Assembly: GCA_021613535.1 (NCBI GenBank)
Contig: CP075496.1
Coordinates: forward strand, 558,001-622,000
DNA from: Adineta vaga
Taxonomy: Eukaryota; Animalia; Rotifera
Direction of reading: 5' to 3'
Length of the DNA: 64,000 bases
The notes under the pieces were generated by a model. The model saw only the letters and a list, made by a program, of their open reading frames with translations. It ran no database searches and was not told where the DNA came from. The translations under genes and the position numbers were made by a program. Positions 1 through 12,514 of the stretch are shown piece after piece; position 1 is the first letter of the stretch, and the number at the start of each line of letters is the position of its first letter.

Positions 1-1335
1 TCGCTTCGGGCTCTGAAAGAAACTAATAAGACAACAATTGTATATAATAATTAATCTAAGAGAAACAAAGCAAACACTAAAAGCAACTTTAGCGGTCGGC
101 AAGGTGGTAAAGAATAGCGAGATAGAAGGATGGGTTCACTAAATTGTCTTGCAGTTATAAGAGGAATAAATATTATAGCTTGTCGGATGCTAGTTGCTGG
201 AGTCGTTCTAGTGTTTTCCATGATGGCATGGTAAGCGTAATCTTTTCTTTTCTAAACGAAAGTATAATATATTTGTAGTAAACTAATCAGTACAATTATT
301 ATTCCTAATAACATTGTAGTAAAAGAGGGTGTTGAATGGGTTTTAAAATGTCCCCATAAGAGAATTTCGGGAGGTTTAGTTGTGTTAGTAATAAAATTGA
401 TTATTATATGGAATAAACTATATTTAGAAACGCAATTGCGTTGTTGTCTATGGTTCTGACGTTTTTTCTTCGTTGTAGCAACCTTTGCATGTAATTATTA
501 ATACTTATATTATAATCTTCCACTAAAAAACATGGTTTATTCCGAACTATCTTACAGAAAAATCAAGTCGTTTTTTTCAAATTACACGGCTTCAGCATAG
601 GGTTGTGTATTCCTTATTTGGATAAAGCTCCTGGAAGAGTTCGTGCGACACCGACACATGCGAAAAATACCTATACCTTCCACAGTCGCTGGTTAAGCGA
701 GACGAAGCGACGAACGTTACTTGTCGAAATAAATGATAATGACATTGACGAGAAGAAAAACAAGTTTTTAGCGAAGAGCGACAGTATATGATAAGTAATT
801 TGGGATGGTTGAGATATGTTCTGTGAATACGATAGTCACATATTCGATTGTTTGGATTTGTTTCGAATTCTAAATGAACACAAATCTCAATGATGTTGAT
901 TTATCAAATTGATCATATTCATTGGTTTATGATTTAATCCCACAGATTTGAAGTGATTCAATATCTGGAAGAAAACGAATTAAACATTGATTTAAATGAG
1001 AAGAAATATTTGAATCTGTCTGAGAGAAAATTCTTATTCGTTTGATTGTTGTTCATTGTTTTGACTAGTTTGAGAAACTTGAGTTTTGTCTTCATCCGAT
1101 AGAGAATCATGCATAGTAACAATATGATAGGAATCGAATACATAGATTTGACATAATATCAGTTTGAGAAAAGAACTTCAACGTGTTAATTTTTAGTATT
1201 TTGATGAATGTCAAATGAATTGTTCAACAAATTTTATCTTTTTTGATTCAATTCTTTTAACAATTAAAAGCTTAATTTAAAGCAGAACTTGACTTAGTTA
1301 GATTTATTTAAAAGAGAGATAAAAACAAAACCAGA

Positions 1336-2695
1336 TCAATGATTTTGATCATGTCCATTAGTGGAATTGTAGAGTTGTTCTTTGATAGCATTTGTAAGAA
1401 GAAGAATAGCTTGATCTATTTCATCATCTGTTGTCATATAACATGTGCTCAATCGAACTGTACCACGTGCTAATTCCCATGATAAACCTGTTATAAATAG
1501 AATCAATAGAGAAGAATTTTCGTAAAGAAAACTTTTTTCTTACCAATAGCTTGAAGTGTTGTTGACATTGTTTGATATTTTGTATCTTCATGACAAGCAC
1601 TACCAGTTGAAAAAGCTAAACGATCACCTAATTGATTAACTAATTGTTTAGCATTTATTCCACGAAAAGATAAACTTAATGTATTTGGTAAAGAATAGAA
1701 TTCATCACTATTTCGAACAATAAAATCTTGATTTTCATCTTTAAATTGTTTAATTAATCCTTGATAAAGTCGATCACGTGTTCTTTTCATTTGTTCAATT
1801 CTTTTATTTAATGAAGATTTATTTGAAATTAATTGACAAGCTCTTCCTAATCCAATAATAGCTAAAACATTTTCTGTTCCAGGTCGAAGACCTTGCTCAT
1901 GTTGAGCACCATAAAGAATTGGTTCTAATTGAATACCTTCACGAATATAAAGTGCACCAATACCTTTTGGACCATGAAATTTATGTGAGCAAATGGTTAA
2001 TAAATCAACATCAAGACGTTTGACATCAATCGGAACTTTTCCTAGAGATTGTGATGCATCTGTATGAATTCGAAGATCAGATGAACCATATTGACGACAT
2101 AATTGAACAATTTCTTCAATTGGTTGAATTGATCCTAAAGTGGAAAAAAAGATTTTTTTTCCATTGAAAATTCCCCAAAATATAATTTGAACAAACCTAT
2201 TTCATTGTTACTATGCATTATTGTAACAAGTTTTGTTTGTGGTTTAATTAACTGACGAAAATGTTCGAGATCAATAATTCCATTTGAATTAACTTTAGCA
2301 AATGAGATTTGAATATTTTCATAAGAATTTTGAAAATATTTTAGAAGATTTGCAACAGATGGATGCTCAAATGGACTTGTGATGATGTGTTGAACAGTAT
2401 TGAGATTTAACTTGAGAATTCCCTGAATAGCGAAGTTATTTGATTCAGTTCCACCACTTGTAAAAATAATTTCATTAGAATTTGATGCATTTATTGAACT
2501 TCGTACTTGTTCTCGCGCTTCATTTATTAAATATTTGGTTTCAATTCCAATTAAATGAGATGAACTGGGATTTCCAAATAAATTTGTACATTTTAAATGA
2601 TTTATCATTGATTCAATGACAGATTTATCTTCTCGTGTTGTTGCATTATTATCTAAGTAAATCATTTTTGATAAATCAGTATAGTCTTCATTCAT
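1336..2695 (-). CDS. Class V PLP aminotransferase, group I cysteine desulfurase (NifS/IscS) / selenocysteine lyase-like; 3 exons, 413 aa
   Basis: Exons 2695-2197, 2134-1544 and 1487-1336 join in frame through GT-AG introns 2135-2196 and 1488-1543. Motifs: IYLDNNATT, FTSGGTESNN, MHSNNEIG, HTDASQ, SHKFHGPKG (PLP Lys), LRPGTEN, STGSACH (catalytic Cys). Confidence 0.92.
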
Positions 2696-3707
2696 ATTGA
2701 TAAGAATACCAGATGTTTCTTTCACTATACAACTGTCGTTGTTAATATAGAAATAGTAGTACGTAGTTGTAATTGTGACGCATTTTTTTGTCTTTTTCTT
2801 CTCCTTCCTTTTCTTTCACAAATGACGATGACGTGGCAAAAGTAAAGAAAGAAAGCTGATTAACATAAACTCGCTCCTTTTTTTTCTCCTTTCCCCACGT
2901 TTTCCATTCTAATGTATTGTTGATTATATAGAGAAGAAAAGAAAACGTACGTGTTGATGACGTAAGAACTGTTTTGAATAAAATGATTCACTAAGATTAT
3001 TAAAAGATAATTTTGAAGGATTTGACTTGTTATTCTTGGAAATTTTCTTACTGATTATTTGTTTTTTCAAAGATATTTTTCTATAAAATAAGATTATTTC
3101 TATGAAGATCATTTGTTCGATCAAAAGAAATAAAAATGGAAATTCTGATTTTTATTTTCAATTATTTGTTTCATTCGAAATACGATACATGATATTGAAA
3201 ATTTACTTAATATCACCATTAGTTGTATAGATACAGTAATGATGTTAATTATATAGATAAATGTCATTAATTGGACTCTTTATGTATGATTATAGAAATA
3301 CATATGAACTATTTTAAGTTCTGAATAATATTTAAGAGTATTCCAACACATGTTATATTTGTGAGTGTTGGTTTAAGAAAGACTTCATATATAAATGAAA
3401 AAGTCTTTATTAAAAGATCAGAAGTTATTAAAGAACATGACGTGTGGAGAGAAAGAGAAGTAAAACATTTGCACATATGTATATAACTATACAGAATCGA
3501 AGAAGATATAATCATCATGACGTCATAGTTTGTACAAGGATATTCATGGAATATTCCTGTTCTTCTCTGGGTTTTCTATTCTTGTTTTGTTATGGAATGT
3601 TCGATGGTATATAAAGCGACGTTTTCTCCAAATGAATATTCATCTTTTCGAAAAATCGTTACTAACTAGTGATAAAATTGAATATTTATTTTCATTTATT
3701 TTTAGAA

Positions 3708-4082
3708 ATGTCTTATGGTAAAGATCAAATTGTATGTAATACTCAAGCTATTGTAAATATAGTTGCTGGAACTGCATCACTTGCACAAGAATATGAAACA
3801 ACTGTATTTTCGAGTTGTACTTGTTCAAATTGTTCTAAAACATATTGGAAATTAATTAAAAATAAAGAAACTTACTTATCAACTTATCCATATTGTCCAA
3901 ATTGTGGTTCTCGTATTAAATTATCTGATATTAAAGAAGATCCTGATATAATTGGAGCAGAAGTTATATTTTTACAAAAGAATAACACAGCTTATGCAAG
4001 TTTTAAATTAACACATAAAGCTCTAGAAACAACAAATATTAAACAAATGATTGAAAAATGTAATGTACGTTTTATTTTGTAA
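3708..4082 (+). CDS. Small uncharacterised protein with a zinc-ribbon-like CSNC...CPNC pair, 124 aa
   Basis: ATG at 3708 follows an acceptor-like TTTTTAG. Open frame with coding-like codon use and two CxxC pairs about 20 aa apart. Confidence 0.6.
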   Translation: MSYGKDQIVCNTQAIVNIVAGTASLAQEYETTVFSSCTCSNCSKTYWKLIKNKETYLSTYPYCPNCGSRIKLSDIKEDPDIIGAEVIFLQKNNTAYASFKLTHKALETTNIKQMIEKCNVRFIL

Positions 4083-4540
4083 AATGATCAATATAAAAAC
4101 TGATTTTTTTTTCTTTTTTCATAAATTATGTTTTATATTTTTCATTTTTGTATGATTTCGATTGAAAAGTTCAACTCTTTATTCTTACACTAGCGACTTT
4201 CATTTAAATATTTAAATTGAAATAAATTCAAGAAAAAAAGAACTAAACTTAAAGATTTATTATTTATTTTCTATTTTGTTGATTGAAAATTCGATGTATT
4301 TAATAATGAAGGGAAAAAAACTGCAATATCATTATCATGTATTTATCAACAATGATATGATAGAGACATAAGTAATTCTTATTTGTTATCAAAAGAAAGA
4401 ATATTATTTGTACTGAAAAAAAAAAGGCGTTGTCATTATTTTTCTTTTATCTCAAATGAGATTTTTGAATATAAACTCTTCATCTTTTTTGTACTTTGTT
4501 CGATGGTTTCGCGAGCAAAATATTTTAGTTGTAATTGTAG

Positions 4541-5812
4541 ATGAAATTGGAACGAATGGATAAAGAAGGAGAAAATAATTTACAAATTAATGTTGTTGAA
4601 TTTATTCCAACGATTGAAGAAACTGATGATGATGTAAAAAACCATCATAATGGTATTTATTGGCGATTATTATTTCTTAATTTAGTTGTTTTATGGGCAT
4701 ATCAGTCATTAATATCAGCACAAAATTATTATATAAAATTTTTTCCAAACGATCATTTAGATTTTTGGGGAACAGTTTCCGCAGGTACATCAATGTTTTT
4801 ACTTCATATCATTCAATTATGGCTTGGTGTTTATAAATATGGTTTTTCAAAACGTGTTATACCTGGTTTTGTTTTATATATAATCATTGCAATTGCAGTT
4901 ATGATATTTAAAAATAAAATTCTTTTAATAATTGCATTTGCAAGTGTTGGTGGTGTTAATACAATGACGGAATCTCCAATCTATGGTATTGCAGGTTTAT
5001 TTACAACGGGTTCATTTACACAAGCTGTTCAAGTTGGAAATGGAATGGCTGGATTTTTAAATGTTACAGCTAATACAATAATTCGTTTACTTGTTTTATT
5101 ATTTCATAGTCATATTGATGAAGATCAATTATCATTTTATATATTTATGAGTGTTTTAATTGTTTTATGTCTTATAGCGATTTATGTTTATTATCGTTTA
5201 ATTTCTCTTCCACCAGTTCAATCTCGAATTGATCAACAAATGGCTTTATTTCAACGAAATAATTTACCTGATATTATTGAAATTCAACCAGTTGGAAATG
5301 AACTTTCATTTTGGACATTAACAAAAATTTTAAAAATACATTTATTTGTTCAATTTTATGTTTTATTTATAAGTTTATTATTATGGCCAGGTATTCCATG
5401 TGGTGCAACAAATAATGGTTGGTTTCATTATGGTGGAAAAGTATGGTGGTGTTCACCATTTGTTATTTTAACATTTAATTTAGGAGATTTAATTGGACGT
5501 ACACTTGCTGTTAAAGTTCATCAATATTTTTCAGAACTGACTTGTCTTCTATCAGCTTTATTAAGAACATCATTTATTATAATAATATTTTATCGTCATC
5601 ATATTGATAATATACTTTTACTTGTTTTAATAACATTAATGGGTTTAACAAATGGTCTTCTTGCAACAATTACATTTATGGTTCGTCCATCATCAATTGT
5701 TGGTGTTCATAATTGTGAACGTGCTGCTTATCTTATGACTGCAGCACTTTATTTTGGAATTGCTTGTGGTTCTATCGTTGCAGCGAGTTTAGCTCTAACT
5801 AATGTCCTTTAA
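4541..5812 (+). CDS. Equilibrative nucleoside transporter (SLC29/ENT family)
   Basis: About 11 hydrophobic segments. ENT signatures: LISAQNYY, QVGNGMAG, LLLWPG, FNLGDLIGR, GLTNG, ERAAYLM. No intron in the ORF. Confidence 0.9.
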   Translation: MKLERMDKEGENNLQINVVEFIPTIEETDDDVKNHHNGIYWRLLFLNLVVLWAYQSLISAQNYYIKFFPNDHLDFWGTVSAGTSMFLLHIIQLWLGVYKYGFSKRVIPGFVLYIIIAIAVMIFKNKILLIIAFASVGGVNTMTESPIYGIAGLFTTGSFTQAVQVGNGMAGFLNVTANTIIRLLVLLFHSHIDEDQLSFYIFMSVLIVLCLIAIYVYYRLISLPPVQSRIDQQMALFQRNNLPDIIEIQPVGNELSFWTLTKILKIHLFVQFYVLFISLLLWPGIPCGATNNGWFHYGGKVWWCSPFVILTFNLGDLIGRTLAVKVHQYFSELTCLLSALLRTSFIIIIFYRHHIDNILLLVLITLMGLTNGLLATITFMVRPSSIVGVHNCERAAYLMTAALYFGIACGSIVAASLALTNVL

Positions 5813-6651
5813 TAAATTAGATATAGATGAAATTCATCACAAAATTGTCTATTAAACTGATTAATTAATTGAAATCTTCTTCAAATCAGTACGTTAACAA
5901 TAAATAACGTTCGTCGAGGATGATTCACTTGACCTTCGACTTCAGGATTAATAAAAAGGAATTTTTTATGATTTATTCAATACTTGAGATATATCAATCG
6001 ACAGACTACATGATGAGATACTAAGTAACACTAATTCTTTGTATTCGCGAAGTCTTTTCTGAACGAATAAAAAAGAATGTTCTTACATTCAAAAAAAAAC
6101 ATCACGATTTCTCATATTATCATTATTATCTCATAATATCATTTTCGTTTCATCATTTTCTTGTAAGAGAACAAAGATACGCCCTGGTATGTTATATGAG
6201 AACCCAAAGGTACTCCTGTAGTTGTAGTATATAAAAACGGGTGGGGAAAACTTTGTTATCGGTGACCTTTGACCCTTGATCCGCAACATACATAGCAACG
6301 AATTCCCATTTTTTACCGTACCAACCTTCTTTCAGTCGAAAGAGTATTATTGGTAACTAATTAGATAGTAAATTACAATCATTTAGATGAATTTAATTCT
6401 CATAGAAATAACAAGGGGAGAAAATTGATTTGAGTAATTTCAAGTAATTTCAGTTTTCCTGACGATAATTCACATCTAATTCATCATTCTTTTCTTTCAA
6501 CGAAGAAAAAAGCTAATTCTCTTTTGGCAATGATGATGAAATTGTGATGAGTCATCGAGGAAAAAATCCATATTTTTCAGTTTCTATATATTTCATCATT
6601 TTGTATGAAATTATTGGTATTTGCAAATCAAAATAATTTTTGTAAAATCAA

Positions 6652-8250
6652 ATGTCTACTGATACAACTCTTTATGATATTCTTGGAATAAGTTCCAATG
6701 CATCACAAGAACAAATTAGAATAGTATGAATCTTTTTAAATGATTTTTTTCAATTAATATTCTTTACAATTGAAAAACTAGGCTGCACGTGAAAAAGCTC
6801 TTGAACATCATCCAGATCGTGGTGGATCTCACGAAATGGTAAATTTATTTATTTGAATCAATATTTTGGATTTGATTTATTTAAATTTAGATGCAAAAAG
6901 TGAATGCAGCAAAAAGAATTTTAACTGATCCAGAAAAACGACGATTATATGATCAATATGGATTGGAAGGAATGGAATCAAGAATAAATAATCGAAATTT
7001 TCCATTTACAGATGTCCCTAATGATCGTAAGAAATAGATTTACAAAAAAAATATAATTATTTCAAATATATTTGTTTTTAGTTTTTGATATTTTCAATAT
7101 ATTTAATCATGGATCTCGTCATACCAATACAAAACGATCACCGAAAGGCAAAGATATTCAATATTCTCTCAAGTATATCAAAACATTCATTTCTTTTTTT
7201 GTTATTAAATTTTCTTTTGATTTTTAGAATTTCGCTTGAAGAAATTTATTCGGGAAGTACAAAAACAATACAAATTGATCGTGATATTATTTGTAATAAT
7301 TGTAAAGGGTAATGAAGAAGTTTTGTATTTGTTTAATTTTATTTCTTTTTTCTTCTGATAAATTATAGAACTGGTTCTCATAATGGTAAATCATCACAAT
7401 GTAGAAGATGTCATGGACAAGGTATTGAAATTATAATTCAAAGAATGGGTCCAATGATTCAACAACTACAATGTGAATGTTCATTATGTAATGGAAAGGG
7501 AACTATAATTAAAGCAGAAGATCAATGTAAAATTTGTACAGGAAAAAAAGTTATTCGAGAAGAAAAATCTTTTGATATTAATATTTCACATGGAAGTCGA
7601 AATGGTGAAACAATTCGATTGATTAATCAAGCAAATGAAATTGTAAGATTAAACAAATATTTCTTTCTTTTATATGATTTTTTTTAAAATTATTATTTAG
7701 CCAAATGGTGAATCAGGATCATTAAATATTATTTTACGTGAAGAATCTCATCCAATATTTATTCGAAAAAAAGATAATTTATTAATGAACATGGAAATTA
7801 ATTTAACTGAATGTTTATGTGGTTTTCAACGTTTGATTAAATTATTAGATGGTCATCAAATATTAATTGAACATCCACCAGGAAAAACAATTTTACCAAA
7901 TAGTTATCAATGTTTAAAAGGTTATGGAATGCCAAATAGATCAACACATTCCTATGGAGATTTAATTATTCAATTTGATGTGAAATTTCCTGATGAAAAT
8001 TTTCATTTAAATCAATCACAACTAAAAGTAAAGAAATCTTTTCTTTTTATTTTATTTTATTTAACAAATAATTTTCTGTCTTTAGCAATTGGAATCAATT
8101 CTTCCACCAAAGAAACAAATTCATTTAAATAATGAAGAAATAATTGATACTGTTCATATGACTAAATATGATAATTCGACGGAAAACAATGATGAAGAAG
8201 AAGAAGGAGATACCGATGGTCATCATACAATTCCATGTTCGACACAATAA
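6652..8250 (+). CDS. DnaJ/Hsp40 class A co-chaperone (DNAJA-like), 8 exons
   Basis: J domain (LYDILGI...EHHPDRGG...RRLYDQYG), four CxxCxGxG-type repeats (CNNCKGTG, CRRCHGQG, CSLCNGKG, CKICTGKK), C-terminal domain (GYGMP, GDLIIQFDVKFP) and CaaX end CSTQ*. Seven short GT-AG introns restore the frame. Confidence 0.93.
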
Positions 8251-8762
8251 ATCAATCATTTTAACAAAATTCATTTATATTTTCTTTCTCGAAGAAAAAC
8301 TAAACAAATATCATTAATTTACTAATAAATATATTCATTATTAGTATAAGAAGAGAAAGAATTTTAATCTAAATTTAGTTTTCTAAGCAAAGTATATATT
8401 TCTCTGTTGATAAAAAAAATTCTAATCGTTAATAAAAACAACGATGTAGACTGTCAGAGCATGTTTTTTAACTGTAAAAACCAGATAGAAGAACAATAGA
8501 TCTTCAATTTTCATTTATTATTATTTTATAGACTCTGATGAGGTTACGAACATGATATAGTTCTTCATTAGGTTCTTTTTCATCATAAATACATTCAACA
8601 ACATAAAAAATAATTGATAAAGACAAGTAATTGAATGATGAATATATGAATTCACTTATGGATTCGCATCTAAATTGATTAAGAAGCAAATAATATATTT
8701 ATTATAAGTTCTTTTATTTCAGCTACAGAATAGAATGTCTTATAAATATAATAAAAAATACT

Positions 8763-9482
8763 TCATATTTTTTCAGCAAGATCGATCAAGTGAGTCACAA
8801 GTTCGGAAGGTGCTGAGATAAAAGGAGAATGATCGGTATCCATGGTGATAACATACTTGCATGGTAATCGACTCTGCATAGAACGTTGAGTTGCTAGTGA
8901 AACTGCTTTATCTTGTTTACATTCGATATAGGCACGTGGTACAGTTCCATAGTTCTCATCAGAAAGTTTCAATGGCGTAACGAAGCTTTTCGCCGGCTCT
9001 GTCGATAACAGACTTGGTACTCGTGTCATCCATTCTTCTGGTGCCATATTATAGAAAATAGCTATGGATTTATCTGGTTTAAGAGTCGTTGTGCCATCAG
9101 AATTTTTTATTACAACTTCTCCAAAATCTGTTTTTGTGGCACTTTGGTAAAGAGCTTCACCAGACGGTATCAAATAGGCTGTTACATATACGAGAAGTTT
9201 GATCTTCTCAGGTACAAACTCAGCAACTTGACTGATAAGAATTCCACCACGGCTATGACCGACTAAGATGACCAACTGTTGTTGTTTTCGAATTATATCC
9301 ACAGTTTGATTTACCCAACTTGTCAAATCGACCTGTGAGAGAGGAGTATTATCATTACCCATACCAAGAAGTTCTGGTGTGATAACGTGATGCCCTTGTT
9401 CTTGTAGCAAAGGAACAACACGTTGCCAACATGATGCCGAATGCCAAGCTCCAGGAATTAAAACGAAAGTCGAAACAGTCAT
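8763..9482 (-). CDS. Alpha/beta hydrolase, methylesterase / salicylate-esterase type (Abhydrolase_6)
   Basis: FVLIPGAWHSASCW oxyanion region, LVGHSRGG nucleophile elbow, QDKAV (Asp) and TDHSPF (His). Intronless and visibly GC-richer than its neighbours. Confidence 0.9.
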   Translation of the reverse strand: MTVSTFVLIPGAWHSASCWQRVVPLLQEQGHHVITPELLGMGNDNTPLSQVDLTSWVNQTVDIIRKQQQLVILVGHSRGGILISQVAEFVPEKIKLLVYVTAYLIPSGEALYQSATKTDFGEVVIKNSDGTTTLKPDKSIAIFYNMAPEEWMTRVPSLLSTEPAKSFVTPLKLSDENYGTVPRAYIECKQDKAVSLATQRSMQSRLPCKYVITMDTDHSPFISAPSELVTHLIDLAEKI

Positions 9483-10702
9483 CTAATATATCAATGATAA
9501 GTAGTTTTTATGTACCACACAGTTAGGACTATATTGATGTATATGCTAATTTTTTATCTATGACTTGTAAAAGATTTCGGATTAGACTTTATGAATATTA
9601 CAGAAAATAAACTAAAAAGTTCGTACTATATTAAGACCGACTTCTAAGAGTATAATTATACAATTGAAAACTACTCTTTTTTTACATATGTCTTGTGATC
9701 ATTCTCAAAACTTTAGATTAATAAGAAACATTATTGGTGTTAGTCTTTTAACTTGTTCCTATTTCGATCGATAGAAATCGCTTTCAATCAAGAAAGAAAT
9801 GTTAGTACGGATTCCTGTCTTAAAACTATTAATCATTTCAAAAGCAAAGAATTAGATATAGTTTACGTCATTGTACTGTATTAGTTTTACCGCAAAATAA
9901 AGATATTTTGATTCTAAATACTTTTCATATACAAACGTATATACAGGAAAAAAGGTTTATAAATACGGCATGTGCACATATTTCAGAAACGAGCAGTGAG
10001 TGTATTGATGCAAAATAACCGTTTAAACACACGCACGTTTGGACGTACTGTACATAAATCGTCCATGCGATACAAAACAACAAAAGTGAATATAGGTAAT
10101 TGTGAATTAGATGAATACGAATAATATTTCTATTTCTAGTTTAGTGTTCTCCAAAACAAAACGCACATAATCAGATATTTTGTGTTAGACCCACACAAAT
10201 GACAACAAAGTTTTATGAAAATTGTAAGAGATGGTGTTAATTCAATTCGTCGTACAAATAATTATAAATGCTCATTCACCTGTTTGATATCACTTCGAAA
10301 ACTTGAGCTGAAGTTCTCCTATGGAATAGGAATAGATTTTCTTTTGTCTATATACGATTATGCTTCTCACAAAATGTTTTTCTGTTAGAACAGGAATAAT
10401 TTTGTTTTGATTGCCATTCATTATAATTCATAATTCTGCACATATTTGACGAGGCTTATAAATTATGTTTATGAGTTACACAATCTAAACCTTTATCCAT
10501 AAAAAATAATGACTAGGAGCACTTTTTGAAAATCGTCATTTATATTCGAAGACGAATTAGACAGCTACTCGTGATTCTCGAATACCACAATTAATTTATG
10601 TCTTAACAAGTATCGATTCTAAAAGCAAACAATTCGAATATGAAATAACAATTATAAAATTTCGTTGATAAAAATAATTGAATGTTTAAATACAAATTTA
10701 AT

Positions 10703-11056
10703 TTAAGCTATTCGTTTTAATCTTTGAAAATTCCATTGATTGATAATATTCTTTTCTTTTAAAGAAGATTGACTTGGTTGAAAGGTTTTGAATGAATTAT
10801 CTTGCCAATAAATAGTTAAGATTTCATTTCGTTTTTGTTTCTTTGAATTTATTTTAAGAAGATTTTTCATTAGAAAATTTTGTTTATAAATAATTTGATT
10901 AAGACGTTTTTCAATTCGTTTTTCTCTTTGAGAATTTTCATTCAAAAAATCGTCTTGCCTTTGATAAATTTTATTTAAATATTCTTTAATTTCATTGAAT
11001 AAATAAATATCTTTTTTATCTTCAACAAATAAATTCTTTGTCATTTTCTTATTCAA
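10703..11056 (-). CDS. Hypothetical Lys/Asn-rich, possibly coiled-coil protein
   Basis: ATG-started 117-aa ORF with no recognisable motif. Confidence 0.3.
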   Translation of the reverse strand: MNKKMTKNLFVEDKKDIYLFNEIKEYLNKIYQRQDDFLNENSQREKRIEKRLNQIIYKQNFLMKNLLKINSKKQKRNEILTIYWQDNSFKTFQPSQSSLKEKNIINQWNFQRLKRIA

Positions 11057-11143
11057 AGTTCTTCTTCATCATAAAAAATCAAATGAAAACTTATATTGGC
11101 GCATTAATTTATTCGAAACAATTTAATATTTTCAACAAATTTC

Positions 11144-12514
11144 CTAATTCTGGTGAATTTTATGGTTTAACATTCGATGAATATATCGTTCGAATGGTTT
11201 TTCAACAAATATATGCCACAATGATGTAATAGGTATACAAATACTAAAAACAAGAACTAAATAAAATAATGTTAAATAGTCTATGGAAGAACTATTGATA
11301 TCATTTGGTTGTGTCATCATAATTAATTCGAAAGCAACACGAAAATGAATAACATATATAAGATAACTAAGTTTTGCAATGGGTGACCAAATTTGTAAAG
11401 ATAAAATAGTTTTCAAAATTGAACTATGATATGGATGAGATATTGGACAAATTACAGAGAATAATATAAATGCTTGACATATGGCAAATAATTGTCGACT
11501 ACAACATGTAAAGATTGTCACTATCCAATCATCGATTAAAAGTTGTCCATCGTCGTTTATTGGAGGAGGTAAAACAAGTATAAACATATAAGACCAAATT
11601 AAAATAAAATATAGATATTTCTTAAATATATTCATACGAGTTAATCTATTTTGTTTTATATTGATAAGTTTAACTGCTAGAATAGCTCCTATAATGAAAC
11701 TACTATATCGACTAAAGAATGGAAAGTATAAATGTTCCATATATAATTTTACTGGATTTGGATGAAGTTTTATAATAGGAAATGTAATATTATATCTTGT
11801 ATTTATCCATTGAGCAGAATTTTCAAGCATCAATATAGACATTGTGTTATATTTTGATATAATCGGAATAATATTCATTGATTTAGGATCAAACAATAAC
11901 AACATATAAATGATTGATAGAATTACTAATATATATAATGAATAAAGAATATTAATTGAATTTCGAGAGGAATAAATTAAAAATAAAATTAATGGTAGAA
12001 TAATATGTATTTGCATATCCAAACTAACACTCCATAGTGGACCCATAGTGATCGACCACGTATCCATGGATACGCAATTTTGAAAGAATAACCACATACT
12101 TACATAGTTTGCTTTTATCTCACCGAATAAAAGTATAATTACGGATATTAGGAGAATTCCAGGCCAATATCGACAAGCTCGTCTCAAAATATACGTTGGA
12201 TATAGTTGAAAAAATTCTTTTGAACTTTTCAATTCATTCCATTGGCAAAGAAATTTGTAAGTTAATAGAAAACCAGAAATGACGAAAAACGTTTCCAAAG
12301 ATAATAATAATATCGGTGTAAAACAGAATGAAAAACTCTTTAAATAATTAAACCATTCAGCATGTGGATATGGTGGTATAAAAGTACTCAAAAATGAAAT
12401 CAGATGAATAGAGATAATCATTAAACATGATATCGATCTCAAACCATCGATCACTGCAAAATGATCAGTATTTCTTGAGAATAATGAATTGAAATCTTTC
12501 TTTATATGCCACAT
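11144..12514 (-). CDS. Membrane O-acyltransferase, acyltransferase-3 family (OafA/NRF-6-like, no NRF N-terminal domain)
   Basis: Motifs IDGLRSIS, FFVISGFLL, RRACRYWP, LWSVSLDMQ, LSYLIYVIH, FVEKPF; about 10 TM segments. First ATG is at 12514 (the ORF-track start is a TTG). Confidence 0.88.
   Translation of the reverse strand: MWHIKKDFNSLFSRNTDHFAVIDGLRSISCLMIISIHLISFLSTFIPPYPHAEWFNYLKSFSFCFTPILLLSLETFFVISGFLLTYKFLCQWNELKSSKEFFQLYPTYILRRACRYWPGILLISVIILLFGEIKANYVSMWLFFQNCVSMDTWSITMGPLWSVSLDMQIHIILPLILFLIYSSRNSINILYSLYILVILSIIYMLLLFDPKSMNIIPIISKYNTMSILMLENSAQWINTRYNITFPIIKLHPNPVKLYMEHLYFPFFSRYSSFIIGAILAVKLINIKQNRLTRMNIFKKYLYFILIWSYMFILVLPPPINDDGQLLIDDWIVTIFTCCSRQLFAICQAFILFSVICPISHPYHSSILKTILSLQIWSPIAKLSYLIYVIHFRVAFELIMMTQPNDINSSSIDYLTLFYLVLVFSICIPITSLWHIFVEKPFERYIHRMLNHKIHQN

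Noticed and set aside
1-1200. ORFs 603-791 and 958-1143 and a possible LRR-family remnant on the minus strand (LIRFLPDIESLQI)
   Set aside because: Multiple stops and too little signal to assign.
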